64,000 nt of DNA from Sphyrna mokarran (lineage: Eukaryota). How positions within the stretch are numbered: position 1 is the stretch's first letter; each line of letters begins with the position of its first letter. This document shows, piece after piece, positions 34,311 to 47,335 of this stretch. The notes below the pieces were generated by a model. That model did no database searches and was not told the origin of the DNA. It saw only the letters and a program-made list of their open reading frames with translations. The position numbers and the translations under genes are program-made. The stretch spans positions 91,574,001-91,638,000 of the forward strand of contig JAGIQG010000009.1 in NCBI GenBank assembly GCA_024679065.1, given 5' to 3'.

Positions 34311-36904
34311 GACATGGCGCAACTCTATGAGAGTTATTACTGAACAATGTCAACCTCAGCAAATTGGTTTAAAACATTTCATAACATTTGTGTTCATGAA
34401 CTACTTTTCTATTTTGTAATCTGTCATCATTTTAAAACGGTTCATATGAATAAAATGGTTTGATTTATTTACAATGACTCTGAGCTAAAACTTATCATCT
34501 AGCATGGGCATGAAGCAGAGACTGGTTGTTGAAGGTTGGGAATAAAGGATGGGATTTTCCGCAACCTTCTCTTCTCCAAGGATGTTTCATGGTGGCAGAG
34601 GAGGCCCACCATTGGCTGGCTGTAGGAGCTTCGTTATCAGTGGGTTTCCCATTGAATGGACCCCTGTTGCCGGGAAAACTGTGCCGGGCATTCGCTGTCG
34701 GCAGGACCAGAAGATCCTGGTGGTGAAAATGGCCAGAAAATACCAGCCTAAGGAGTTGTTTCAGTCAGAAGATTGTAAGCTGAGGTATCTCTGTTGAAAA
34801 ATAGTAGAGATCAAAGGGGTGATGTTCAGCCACGTTTGTCTTCAAAGAGAATGGACACGGGGGTGGGGAGTGCGGGGGGAGAGTAAAATACGGTGAGATT
34901 CTCACTGGCAAGATCATGTTTCCCATGTTTTTCATGTGAAAGAACAGTGATATATTTTTGAATCAGGATGGTGAGTGATTTGGAGAGGGACTTGTGGTGA
35001 TGGCGTTTCTATGTATTTACTGTCCTTGTCCTTGATGGTGACCGAGGCATTTTAATTTTTAAATAGAGTAGAAAGGTGTAATACAGCTCATATATTTTAA
35101 TTAATCAATTGTGGAATAATATTAACTTGAGCTTACATTGCACATTTAATGTGGAATGTCCCAATGCATCTTATCTGATAAAACTGTTAAATGACCAAAA
35201 GCTTGGTCAAACAGATAGATCTTAAGGAATATCTTAAGTAGGGGAGGAATACGAGGGGGTTTAAGATTGAACTTCTCAACCTTAGGTCGAGCTAAGTAAA
35301 AACATAGAACGTAGAACATTACAGCGCAGAACAGGCCCTTCAGCCCTCGATGTTGTGCCGACCAACATGGCACCAATGAATGAGGATTGGAAGTTAAGGG
35401 TGTACAAGAAACTAAAAGTAAATGAATGCAGGTCACTCAGAGGATTGTAGGGCTGCAGAAGGTTACACATTGGGGTAGCATGGTGCCATAGGAGGATCTG
35501 AAAATGAAATTGTGAATTCTAATTTCAAGCCTGAAATCAATGCAGGTCGTCAGTAAGCACAGGCACAAGAGTAGAATTTATAGTAAATCATACTGTCAGA
35601 AACCTCCCAAATCTCTTCATGTACAATCAAGCCATCCAAAACGCTGCTAGCCATATCTTATGTCACATCGTGTCCCACTCTTCCTGGCATACACTGTCAC
35701 GCAATATCCTGAATTTAAATCATCATTCTTGTTTTCAAATCCATTCCTGGCTTCATCTCTCCCTGCCTGTAATCATCTCCAATCCCACAACATCCCAAGA
35801 CATCTGCACTCCTTCAGTACTGGCTTCTTGAGCATGTGTATAATTGCTGCACCATTGATAGCGATGCCTTCAGTTAACCAGGTAATGAGCTCTGGAATTT
35901 CTGCACTGTACCTGTTCACTTCTCTTGCTTTCTTCCTTTCAGATACTTCTAGAAATACCTTTCAGACCAAGCTTTTGATCATTACAGTTAATATCTCTTT
36001 CTGTGGTTTAGTGTCTTTTTTCCACAGTGTTCCTGTGAAGCACTATGATGACTTCAGCCATTCTAATGAAGTTGGCTTCTAGAGTATGAAGCCCTAAGTT
36101 AATTTGAGTTTATTTATTTATTGGTCTGCAAAAGAGCTACCTAATGTGTTCTCACAATTGATGCTTTCCACATCTATTGGGCACTGCAGGGGCCAGCGTA
36201 TATTACTGACCCTGAAAATCACATGATGATTTGGTGTTTTAAATTTCTTTTTTACTTTGTTTTTTGTTCAGGCTGTTCCCTCTCCTTTAGGAGGTCTGCT
36301 CCTTTTAATTTGAGTTAGTTTATTACGTTGGCATATATTAAGTTCTAATTGATGGTTAAATCAGGGAGCCTCGTGCTCCCTATTTAAATCAGGCATGTCA
36401 GTCTCTCAGCCTGCATTCATCAGGGAGCAATTGGAGAGCTGGCTGTGTGCAGATCTATGTTGTAAATAAAGTAATTTGTGATGGGACTTTCACTTCTGTG
36501 GAGTTATACAAACAGTTTGGAAAATTTTGTTACAATCAAGGCCTTCTACAAGTTGACAGTGTTACTGTTGAATTGTTTTGAAAAGTGGCTAATGTTGTGA
36601 TGAAAGCAAACAGCTTCATTACAGTATTACTGACAAGAAGCAATTCTTCACCTAAAGAGGGATCAGTGACTGCAGTGGTCTCCGGATAGAAGTATGGGTT
36701 TAGGATACTCACTATCCTTCCTCCACGACACGGGTACAGGGTACATGAGATAGAGGCCTCAGATCATTATACAACTCACTCCATGTACTGCTTGGAAGTC
36801 TTGTGGTTGATTGGGAAGAATTGTGACTCTGAGTCAGAAGCTCTGGCATCTCCAGAACTTGTTCTCTGCTGGAGAATAGTTCATGATGAGAAATAATCTG
36901 TTAA

Positions 36905-37225
36905 TTGTAGAATCCTTACAGTGCAGAAGGAAGCCATTCAGCCCATTGAACCTGCACCAACAAAAATCTCACCCAGGCCCAATCCTCATCATACCATATA
37001 TTTACTTTGCCAGTCCCTCCGACACGAAGGTCAATTTAGCATGGCCAATGAACCTAACCAGAAACCTCTTGGACTGTGGAAGGAAACCAAAGCACCCAGA
37101 AGAAACCCAATGCAGACACAGGGAGAATGCACAGACTCAGTACAGACAGTGACCCGAGGCCGGAAATGAACCCAGGTCCCCGGTGCGGTCAGGCAGCACT
37201 GCTAACCATTGTGCCACTGTGCCAC
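36905..37225 (-). mobile_element. HE1/V-SINE-like SINE
   Basis: Minus strand GTGGCACAATGGTTAGCAGTGCTGCC...CTGGGTTCATTTCC plus V domain. Confidence 0.78.
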
Positions 37226-37753
37226 TCCTAATTTTATATCTAATTTTATATTAATGGAGGTGGAGGCATTATCTTAGGGATTCATCTGGGCAAATTGAAA
37301 AAGATGTGTTTGCATAATGGAAGAAGTTAAATGAAGATTGGTGGAGTGTGTTTGAAAGGATTCAATCTCTAATGAAATGTTGAGCAGAGAAAAGACAGGC
37401 TGCGGTTCCATTTCTCAACAACTGACTTTCTAGATTATAACAGCAGGGATCAATCATTCTCATCACAGAACTTGTGGATTTGTAACTTCTGCCCTGCACA
37501 ATATGCTACTCTGCCATACAAAGTAGAGATTCAAAAGTGTTCCCTTATCCAGTATAAGGTTAATCACAGGAGTGTCAATGTAAAGATCTCAATCAGAACA
37601 GGACGAAGGAACAGAATCACCCTCCATATCTCCCTGATTCATGGACCCACACGCTGTATACCCCAGGGTCACAGTCTGCAGTATAACTGTGGTTAGGTAC
37701 CTGTCTGACACACATTAAATAGTCAGTGGGAAATTGGACATCACTGATCTTAC

Positions 37754-38014
37754 CAGATGTCTGGTTTGTGTTCTTCATTATCGAATTCAGACTCTCCTTT
37801 GCCATGTCTGATCGTTTAATTATGATAGATGTAATGCTTTCCCAATATTCCTCACCAAAAAATTCCACCATGAATTGCTGTCTGGGAATTAATCGAGGAA
37901 TGTGAGTGTCATGATAATTAAGTAGAACTCCCTTCACTATTGCAACATTAGTAACCTCAGGAAGATCACCGATTCCGGAGATTGCCGTGTATATCACAGT
38001 CAGTGAGTCAGTAT
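37754..38014 (-). CDS. Gene B MHC class I alpha1 exon
   Basis: 261 nt, ATTTTACAG acceptor, G|GTAAGA donor; TDSLTVIYTAISGIGDLPEV...EEYWE...TNQTSG. Confidence 0.92.
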
Positions 38015-38889
38015 CTGTAAAATAGAAACAGGTTAATAGACGTTTCCACAGACTACCAGCTGATCATAGTGAGAGCCATTCAAACTCCAATAATCACATT
38101 CAATCCCAATCTTAGAATCCTGTCTGATATTAGCAAAGGGGTGATGGACAATCCAGAGCAGGATCTTCACTATCCTTCACAGAGCTTTTTAATCCCCCTT
38201 TATACATACTGTCTAGGGATGGCTTCTGGGCAATGTCAGCCTGGCATCTCGATAATGGCCACCTGGCAGTGCCAGAGATAGACCCTATGTGGGAGGAGGC
38301 CTATGGGAGCAGGGCCTGAAGAGGCCCTGTAGTGTGTTTCACAGCATCAGGAGAGGGAGAGGGTCCCGTTGCCACTCTGCAGCTGCAATATAAAGAGGGA
38401 GGTGAGGGGGTCCCGCCGCCACGCTACAGGTAATCAGTATAGGGGGGAGAACGGCCGACTGCCTCTCTGCAGCTCTGATTGGTTGGGGACACAATTAGTA
38501 TCGTTGGCAGGGCAGGGGTGGGGGCAACAGGGGCTGATGTGGGGCTCATGAGGGCCATGGAGCCTGTGATTGCAGTGGGGGGAGAGAGTTTGTTGAGGCT
38601 ATGTATAACAGCAGCGGACTAACTGTTGTTCCTATGGCGCATGTATATTCTCACAGGTCTACACATGTGTGGTAGCTCTCTCTGCTGTTGTGCAGTAGCC
38701 CTCTCAGCTATTGCCATTCTACAGGCTGGCTGGTGAATTAAACCTTTCTCCCTATCTGTAGCAGCTATATATGGTCTAGCTGATATTTGCAAACGTCTAA
38801 GTCCATAAGATTAGGAGTGAAAACTCACCTAACAAATGGATCTGCATCTCTGCCATTTCCATGTTAGCTGGACATATAGAATCATTCTC

Positions 38890-39270
38890 ATAAAATTTCA
38901 TCCATACTCTCACCAAGATCCTGCACAACTACTGCAAAATTTTTTTTATTCTTGTACTCCAATCTCCTTGCAATAAAGACTGTTATACCAATGGTCTTCC
39001 TAACTGCTTGCTGTAGCTCCATGCTAACTTTCTGCATTCCTTGTACAAACACATCACAACCTCTCTGAGCATCAATATTTACATATTTCACAACTTTGAA
39101 AAAATATTCTGCATTTCTATTCTTATGGCAAAAATGAATAACTTCCCACTTGCTGCGATTATACTGCACCTGCCATCTTGAGGCTGCCTCACTTACTGAC
39201 ATCTGTTTGCAGGCTCTTGGTGCCTTCCCAACAGCTCACCTTATCACCAACCTCTCTATGATCAGTAAAC
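38890..39270 (-). mobile_element. Old CR1 RT fragment
   Basis: RWQVQYN..KWEVIHF...QQAVRK..G...FIARRLEYKN. Confidence 0.65.
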
Positions 39271-39796
39271 TGAGAATGCAGACCTGACAGAGAATTTTAT
39301 CCCACTGTGTGATGAGTTCAGGAAGCAATGTGCCATTTACTAGCGGCAGGATCTTATGGTCCCACTACTGTCAATGGGGTTTCTGTTGAAGGTGTTTCTT
39401 GTGCCTAGGAACCCGCAGCAGGGGAGCGTCATTGGCAGGATGGACAGTTACCGTCAATATAAACAGCAGCAAGATTTTGCGTTTGTCTTGTTAACAAAGT
39501 CATTAATGTAAATAGTAAAAGTTGTGAGTATTGGAGTGATGAAGCTGTTTTGCTTCTCCCAATCGATGTGAAAGTTAAAATTGTCCATTTGAAGCATTTT
39601 TCATGAACTCCAAGCTTCTTTGAACATCAATCCCATCAGACTCTCCCACACTATGCTGACTTCAAAGGTGTCAAACATCAGGCTGGCTGCACAACAGCGT
39701 CTCAGCAAACATCACCCATTTCAAACTCTCACCAAAAGATTCAAATTCACCCAGAGAGAGAGAGAGTGAGAATGGGAGAGTGAATTCTGTACTTAC

Positions 39797-39848
39797 TGGG
39801 AGAGACCCAGGAAAAACACAGGGAGATGGAGAAAAGGATCAGCAACAT
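39797..39848 (-). CDS. Gene B proximal leader exon (intact ATG, A|GTAAGT donor)
   Basis: 52 nt MLLILFSISLCFSWVSP(N), 1.8 kb upstream of alpha1-B. Confidence 0.82.
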
Positions 39849-39909
39849 TCTGCGAATCCACTGTCCCAATTCCAATCAGTGACTGGGAATTAAACACCCT
39901 GAGGGTGAA

Positions 39910-40100
39910 ACAACTTTATAAACTGGGTGGAAAACATGAAAAAAACCTAAACCTTATCCAACCTCCATGTTCCCATCTGAATCAGACTTTGCTCATTTCT
40001 TTATTGCAGAGCCAGAGAGTGACTGACTGGTTTGTCTCAGAAAATTAACCAATTAAAGAGATGAACAACCAGCCTGTCACTAGTTACCAGGAAGATCAAA
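39910..40100 (-). promoter_or_regulatory. Proximal promoter: X-like, Y, TATA; truncated upstream by CR1 (no ISRE)
   Basis: CCTGGTAACTAGTGACAGG, a 19-nt spacer, then ATTGG (40049-40053); TATAAA near 39915-39920. Confidence 0.62.
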
Positions 40101-40117
40101 CTCAGACAGGTTCAGAT

Positions 40118-43100
40118 TCAAAGAACGAAGAACAACACAGCACAGGAAAGAGACCCTTCGGCCCAACAAGTCCACACCGCCATTTTAAAATTGTGAGTGC
40201 CCTCTTCTACCTTTGTCTATGCCTATTGGACTCCACAATAAAGGAATTATAACCAGTTTCAGAGACGCCTAATTTAAGAACAATTTGTTAACACCAATCA
40301 GCCTAACAGCACGTTTTTGGGGTGCGGGAGGAAACCAGAGCACCCGGAGAAAACCCATGCAAGCACGGGGAGAATGCACAAACTCCCACAGACACAGGCC
40401 CAAATCCATGTATCTGCACAGCAAACAGTGAGCTGTTATGTTGCCCATCAGCTGGTCCAGTTTAAGTGTACACTAACAACATGAAGCACTAGGCAACTCT
40501 TAAAGCAACATTCAAGAGTAGCCCTTGCATGACCCACCGCGTGTAAGCCCCTTGTTGGGCAACAAGGCGGACCGAATCACCTGTGGATGTTAAAAAAAGA
40601 CATCAATCAACATACACAATGTATACGGACATTCACGGAATCCCCAGAAGCTCAAACGTAAGACAGGTGAGCCATAAAATATGTTGGACGGTTCATAGGA
40701 ATCTATTGATTCCCAGGAATGTCCCAAGGCTCTTGATCCTTATTTGGAACAGTCTCCTGTATCCCTCCAACTGTTCATGTGCCTATCCAGGTAAGCATTA
40801 AACAACTCTAGCGTGCCTGCCTCCATCACCCTACTTGGCAGTGCATTCACAGTGCTCTGTGAAAAACCTCTTGCTCACATTTGAATTATACCTCGCCCCT
40901 CTCACGCTAAGCCCATGGCTCCTCGTAATTTTCGTATCCAACCTGGGAAAAAGCTTATCACTGTTCATTCTACCTATAACCTTCATAATCTTATACATCT
41001 CTATTACATCTCTCTTCATTCTCTGTCTTTCTAAGGCGAACAGCCCCAATTGGCCCAATCCCTCCTCATAAGAGTAAAATGCCTTTGGATTTTCCTTAAT
41101 CCTATCCGCCAAAACCATTTCATGCCCTCTTTTTGCCCTTCTAACTCCCTGTTTGAGCTCCTCCTACTCTCTTTGTATTCCCCAATGCTCTCTCCGTTCC
41201 CAGTTTCTTAGACGTAACATATACCTCTCTTTTTTCCTAACTAAGTCCTCAATATCCCTAGTAATCCATGGCTCTCTAATCCTACCTTTCCCATCCTTCC
41301 TCTTAAGCAGCACATACCTTTCCTGCAACCTTTTCAGTTTTCCCTTGAAAGACTCCCATGCCGAACGTGGACTTATCCTCAAACAACCTTTCCCAATTAG
41401 TTTTAATAAGTTCCTACCTAATCTGACTGTAGTTAGCCTTCCCCCAATTTAGCACCCACCCCTTAGGGCAACAAGCATCTTTTTCCATTTGTATCGTAGA
41501 CAGAATTGTGGTCACTCTTTGCAACATGTTCACCCTACTGCAACTTCATCCACCTGACCTGGCGCATTACCCAGAACTAAATCCAATATAGCCCCTTCTC
41601 TAGTTGGGCTAGCTACATACTGTTCCAATGACCCTTCTTGTACACATTTTACAAATTCCTCTCCATCCGAACCCCCAGTTCTAGGCACCTTCCAGTCCAC
41701 CCCAGGGGGATTAAAATCTCCAAGTACAACAACCCTATTCTTTCTGCACCTACCAAAATGCCTTACATATACCTTCTCCCACTGCCCGCAGGCTGTTGGA
41801 TGGCCTATAGTGTACCCCTAGCATAGTAACTGCTCTCTTCCTATTCCTCAACTCCACCCACCGCGACTCAATTCCTAACTCCTCTATATTATCCTCCCTC
41901 TGCACTGCTCTGATGTGCTCCCTAACTAACAACGCCACTCCCCCTCCTCTGTCAAGCCTAAAACACTTACATTTAGCTGCCACTGCTGCCCTTCCTTTAA
42001 CCACGTCTCTGTCACTGCAACCACATCTAAATTCCTTGCGAATGTTAAGGCCTTAACTTCATCTGTTTTATCTGTTACGCTCCTCGCGTTAAAACAGATG
42101 CACTCCAGACCTCCAGGCTCACCAGGATGCTCCTTCTCCCGGATGATTTTCCTCTCATCCAAACTTACCTTGTCACCCAACTTGCTTCCAATCAGTGCCT
42201 ACTGAGCTTTGGGTCTCATCTCCACCCCTCCTCCACACTAGTTAACACCCTGCTGAAACACTCCAGCTAACCTCCCAGCTAAGATATTCGTGCCCTTCCC
42301 ATTTAATTGTTCCCCATTCCTCCTATACAAGTGCCCTTCTCTCACGAATGATCTACAAATGTAAAACCCTCTGTCTTGCACCAATCCTTTAGCCATATAT
42401 TTAGCTGTAGGATCTCATTATTCCAAGCCCCACTATTACTAAGCACTGGTAGCAGCCCAGATATTGTCACCTGGAGGCTCTGCTCTTCAGCCTGGCCCCC
42501 AACTCCCTGAACTGCCTACGCATATCCCCCCTGCTCTTCCTCCCTACATCCTTCTCTCCTATATATACACAATTATATCAGCCTGGGTCCCTTCGCCCTT
42601 CAAAATTCCCTCTACTCCCTCAGAAACACCCTGTACCCCTGCTCCAGGGAGACAGGCTACCAACCTGGAGTCTCGCTTTTGTCTAAAGAACTGCCTATCT
42701 ATTCCTCTAACCCTCCCATCCCCCACCACTATCTCACTTCTAGCCCCCTTCCTTCCCTCTGAGGCATTCTGATCCTCCTCTCTTATGTTTTTTACCCCAG
42801 TTGTTGCCCTGCCCTCGATATTTTGGGGGACTACTGCTGGGGTCGTCTTTGGACCACGACTCCTCTTCTCCCCTTCCCAACAGTAACCCACCTGTCTCTC
42901 CCACTCCCGGTTCTGGGATCTCCACTTGACTGTGGTTCCTATCCATTATTGCCTCATTCCCTCTGACTAAAAATACATCCTTAAGACGCAGCTCTAATTG
43001 CCTGACCCGGGCCCTCAGATGCTGCAGCTCCAAATACTTGATGCAGATGTGGACTTTCAAGAGATGTGTTGTCTCCAGGAACTCCCACATATGACACCTA

Positions 43101-43450
43101 ATGCAATTAAAGCGTCTCTCCATAGACCCTGCTATTTACCTGACCATCTTTGGAGTTATGAACACAAAAATGGAAAAGAAGAAAGACAGAACAGTAACAC
43201 ATCTTGCCTAAGCCTGCTGTCGCCTAAGCCCAGTGAGCCAAAACCCTTACAGCTCTCATTCTGCTCCCAACTCACTCCACTGCCCGTTCCCAACACTGCC
43301 CGCTGTCTACTGCCTTCTTTTTATCCTCCCGCAGTCCCTTCCTGACTATCCCTGCGTCTAACTTCTGCTATGGTAAGAAAAACAACCAAAAATCCCACAA
43401 ATCGGAAATAGAGAGAAAAAGAATTGAATGAAAATTCACTTGATTGACCA
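40118..43450 (-). mobile_element. CR1 LINE with ORF1 (Zn-finger plus SGNH esterase remnant), APE endonuclease, internally deleted RT and composite 3' UTR
   Basis: CIRCHMWE, IVVGDGRVRGID...VACLPGA, CFNARSV...VAVTETWL, GGGVALLV; fusion junction ENPKAFY/SYEEGL near 41073. Confidence 0.88.
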
Positions 43451-43949
43451 CTCACCTTAGCAATGCGGTTGAGTCTTAAATGCTGTCAGGAATGGGTAAT
43501 AAATGCTGGCCAGCCAGTGACATCCACATCCCAGGAACAAATAAAAAAGACCCACAGCACCCATGTAAGCCAGCCATTACATCCCAGAAATGTTGCAGCA
43601 CCTGAGTATCTGGTGCCCCCTTTTCCCCTGAACTCCGGGGGCTGCCGCTCAATGGGACTTTCCTCCTCACTCTCCTTCGCTATTGCTGCCCCAGGCCCAG
43701 ACTTTTATAAACTATCTGTGATTCATGCTGGAGTGACGTCACGCTGCAGAGGAGGGTAAGGTACGGGAGGGGGAAAAGGGCCGTGCCAAACTCTAATGAT
43801 ATGTAAACCTATACAAATGCATGGAAATTGACATCCTGCTGGAAAAAATGGCCTGGGAGAATCCCGAACCACCTGACACCAGGTACAAATTCGATTGTTC
43901 GGCTGACGGCCTATTTCCCTGTCTCGCTACACTGACCAACGAATGCAGC

Positions 43950-44250
43950 AAGGTACAAAGATCATAGCATCAAGGACCCAGGTTCAATTCCCGGCTTGGG
44001 TCACTGTCTGTGTGGAATTTTCACTTTTTACCCGTGTGTGCGTGGGTTTCCTCCGGGTGCTCCGGTTTCCTCCCACAATGCGAAATGTGTGGGCTAGTGG
44101 ATGGCCATGGTAAATTGTCCCTTAGTATCAGGGATACTAGCCAGGGTTAATGCATGATGTTATGGGTATGGGGTCTGGGTGGGATTGTGATCGGTGCAGA
44201 TTCGATGGGCTGAAAGGCCTCCTTCTGCACTGTAAGGATTCTATGATTCT
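43950..44250 (+). mobile_element. HE1/V-SINE-like SINE
   Basis: GGTTCAATTCCCGGCTTGGGTCACTGTCTGTGTGGA...CTCCGGTTTCCTCCCAC...GATTCTATGATTCT; paralogs at 54280-54580 and (internally deleted) 14935-15080. Confidence 0.78.
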
Positions 44251-44614
44251 GTGAGGGAGATGGACAATCCAGAGCAGGATCTCCACTGACCTTCACATTC
44301 CCCTTTAATACATGTTCCCCTTTCTACATGTTCACGAGTATACCCTCAGTTTGGAAAAGTCTAGGAATCACCAGGCAGGAATATTCCGATTTAAATTTCA
44401 CTCCCAGCTGTGGCTGCCTGGAAACACTCTCACCTCTGACTCAGTATGTTCTGGATTGAAGCTCCCATTCCAGAGACTGGGCTGCACACACAGTGTATTA
44501 CTGACAGAAATCTTTCTGTATCTGCTTTCTCCCTCACACCTTTTGTCAAAATACATTGGTAACTTTGGAATCTAACATCACTGCTCCAAAATCAAAGTAC
44601 AGATTTTAATTTGT

Positions 44615-46600
44615 TAAGAACATAAGAACCAGGAGCAGGAGTCGGCCACCTGGTTCCTCAAACCTGCTCCGCCATTCAGTAAGATCATGGCCGATATTCT
44701 TGTGGACTCAGCTCCACTTACCCGTCCGCTCACCATAACCCTTAATTCCTTTACTGTTCAAAAATTTATCTATCCTTGCCCTGAAAACATACAATGAGAT
44801 AGTTTCATCTGCTTCACTGGGCATGGAATTCCACAAATTCACAACCCTTTGTATGAAGAAGTTCCTCCTCAACTCAGTCATTAATTGGCTTCCCCTTATT
44901 TTGCGTCTATCTCCTGAGTTCTAGTTTCACCTGCTAGTGGAAACAAGCTCCCTGCTTCTACCTTATTTATTCCCTTCATAATCTCAGATGTTTCTATAAG
45001 ATCTTCCTCATTCTTCTGATTCCAATGGGTCTAACCCCAGTCTACTCAGTTTCTCCTCATAAGCCAACCTCTCAACTCCGGAATCAACCTAGTGAATTTC
45101 CTCTGCACCCCTTCCAGTACCAGTAGACTCTTTCTCAAGTAAGAAGACCAAAACTGTACACAAACTCCAGGTGTGACCTCACCAGCACCTTATACAGCTG
45201 CAACATAATCTCGCTGTTTTTAAACTCCATCCCTCTGGCAATGAAGGACAAAATTCCATTTGCCTTTTAAATTACCTGCAGCACCTGTAAACCAACTCCT
45301 TGAGATTCTTGCACAAGAACACCCAGGTCCCTCTGCACAATAGCATACTGCAATTTTTTACTGTTTAAATAATAGTCCATTTTGCTGTTATTTCTTTCAA
45401 AATGGATTACCTCACATTTACCAGTATTATACTCCATCTGCCAGATCCTCGCCCACTCACCTAGATTATCTACATCCCTTTGCAGACTTTCAGTGTCCCC
45501 TTCATACTTTGCTCTTCCACCCATCTTAGTATCATCTGTGAATTTTGACACACTACACTTGGTCTCCAACTCCACATCATCTATGTAAATCGTAAACAAT
45601 TGCGCCCTAACACTGACCCCTAAAGCACGCCACTAGTCACTACTCACCAGAAAAACACCCATTTACTCCCACTCTTTGCATTCTGTCAGTTAACCAATCC
45701 TCTATCCATGCATTACCTGTAAAATCAGACACCTTTATCTTATGTAGCAGTCTTTGGTGCGGCACTTTGTCAAATGCTTTCTGCACATTAAATATATCAC
45801 ATCCACAGGTTCCCCATTGTCCACTGCACATGTAATGTTCTCAAAGAATTCCACCAAATTCGTCAAACATGACCTGCCCTTCATGAACCCATGCTGTGTC
45901 TTACCAATGGAACAATTTATATCTAGATATCTCACTATTTCTTCTTTGATGATAGATTCAAGCATTTTCCTTATTTCAGAAGTTAAGCTTATCAGCCTGT
46001 AGTTACCTGCCTTTTATCTACCTCCTTTTTTAAACAGTGGCATCACATTTGTTGTTTTCCAATCTGTGGGAAACACTCCATGGCCCAGCGAATTTTGGTA
46101 AATTACCACGAGTGCATTTGTTATTTCCTGCTGACATTTCTTTAAGTACCCTAGAATACATTCCATCAGGATGAGGAGATTGTCGATCTTTAGCCCCATT
46201 AACTTGCCCAACACTCCCTCTTTTATGATAATGATAGTTTCTAGGTTCTCACCTGCCATAACCTTCCTGTCATCAATTTTTGGCATGTTATTTGTTTCTT
46301 CCATTGTGAAGACCCACACAAAATATCTGTTCAATGCCTCAGTCATTTTTTCATTTCCAGTTATTACACCCTGTTTTTCATCCTCTATGGGACCAAAGTT
46401 TACTTTCACCACTCTTTTTCGTTTTATATATTTGTAGAAACTTTTGCTCTCTGTTTTCATATCCTGAACTAGTTTACTCTCAAAATCCATCTTACTTTTC
46501 TTTATAGCTTTCTTTATGGCTTTCTGCTGATCTTTAAAGATTTCCCAATCCTCTAGGTTCCCAACAATTTTTGCCACTTTGTATGCATTTTCTTTCAATT
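44615..46600 (-). mobile_element. CR1 RT remnant (paralog of 15665-17625)
   Basis: QHGFMKGRSCLTNL, KAFDKVPHQRLL, KFTDDTK. Confidence 0.88.
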
Positions 46601-46953
46601 TGGTATCCTCCATCCTTCCCTCTGTTTCTGGACATTTCCACTTTAATTGCTCCAAGCTTCTCTGATCAGGGTGTTTTGAACGTACAAACATGGAGCAGGA
46701 AGAGGCCATTCGGCCCCTCGAGTCTGCTCTGTTATTCTGTGGCTGAAGTGATTGTGATCTGAACTCTACTTTCCTCTCAATCTCTCTGTACACTTTCACT
46801 CCCGTGTCAGTCATGATGTTATCTAACATTTATATCTGACAGATACACAATAATGTCTGAGTGAACATCACCCATTTCAAACTCTCACCAAAAGATTCAA
46901 ATTCACCCCAGAGAGAGAGAGAGTGAGAATGGGAGAGTGAATTCTGTACTTAC

Positions 46954-47005
46954 CGGGAGAGACCCAGGAAAAACACAGGGAGATGGAGAAAAGGATCAGC
47001 AACAT
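46954..47005 (-). CDS. Distal intact leader exon (candidate alternative first exon of gene B)
   Basis: 52 nt, ATG and G|GTAAGT intact; no alpha1 exon between it and the 39797 leader. Confidence 0.7.
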
Positions 47006-47069
47006 TCTGGGAATCCACTGTCCCAATTCCAATCAGTGACTGGGAATTAAACACTCTGAGGATGAAACA

Positions 47070-47335
47070 ACTTTATAAAACTGGAGGAACAACACAAAAC
47101 TACAAAAACTTTATCCAAACTCTGTTTTCCCGTCAAAATTGAACTTTGCTCGTTTCCTTATTGCAGAACCAGACGATGACTGATTGGTTAGTCTCAGAAA
47201 ATTAACCAATTAAAGAGATAAAGAGTCAGTCTGTTCCTCGTTTCCAGGAAGATCAAACTCAGACAGGATCAAGTTCAGGCTGATAAAAATCTAATCTTTA
47301 CCCAGCACTTTTCACAAAGTGAAACTTCCCCAAGG
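47070..47335 (-). promoter_or_regulatory. Most complete class I-like promoter: kB-like/ISRE, X-like, Y, CCAAT, TATA
   Basis: Minus strand GGGGAAGTTTCACTTT (47316-47331; ISRE AGTTTCACTTT), ATTGG 47206-47210, CCAATCA 47181-47187, TATAAA 47072-47077. Confidence 0.72.

Noticed and set aside
46014-46829. 271-aa ORF as a novel gene
   Set aside because: Chance fusion across a deletion joining intron sequence to decayed CR1 ORF2.
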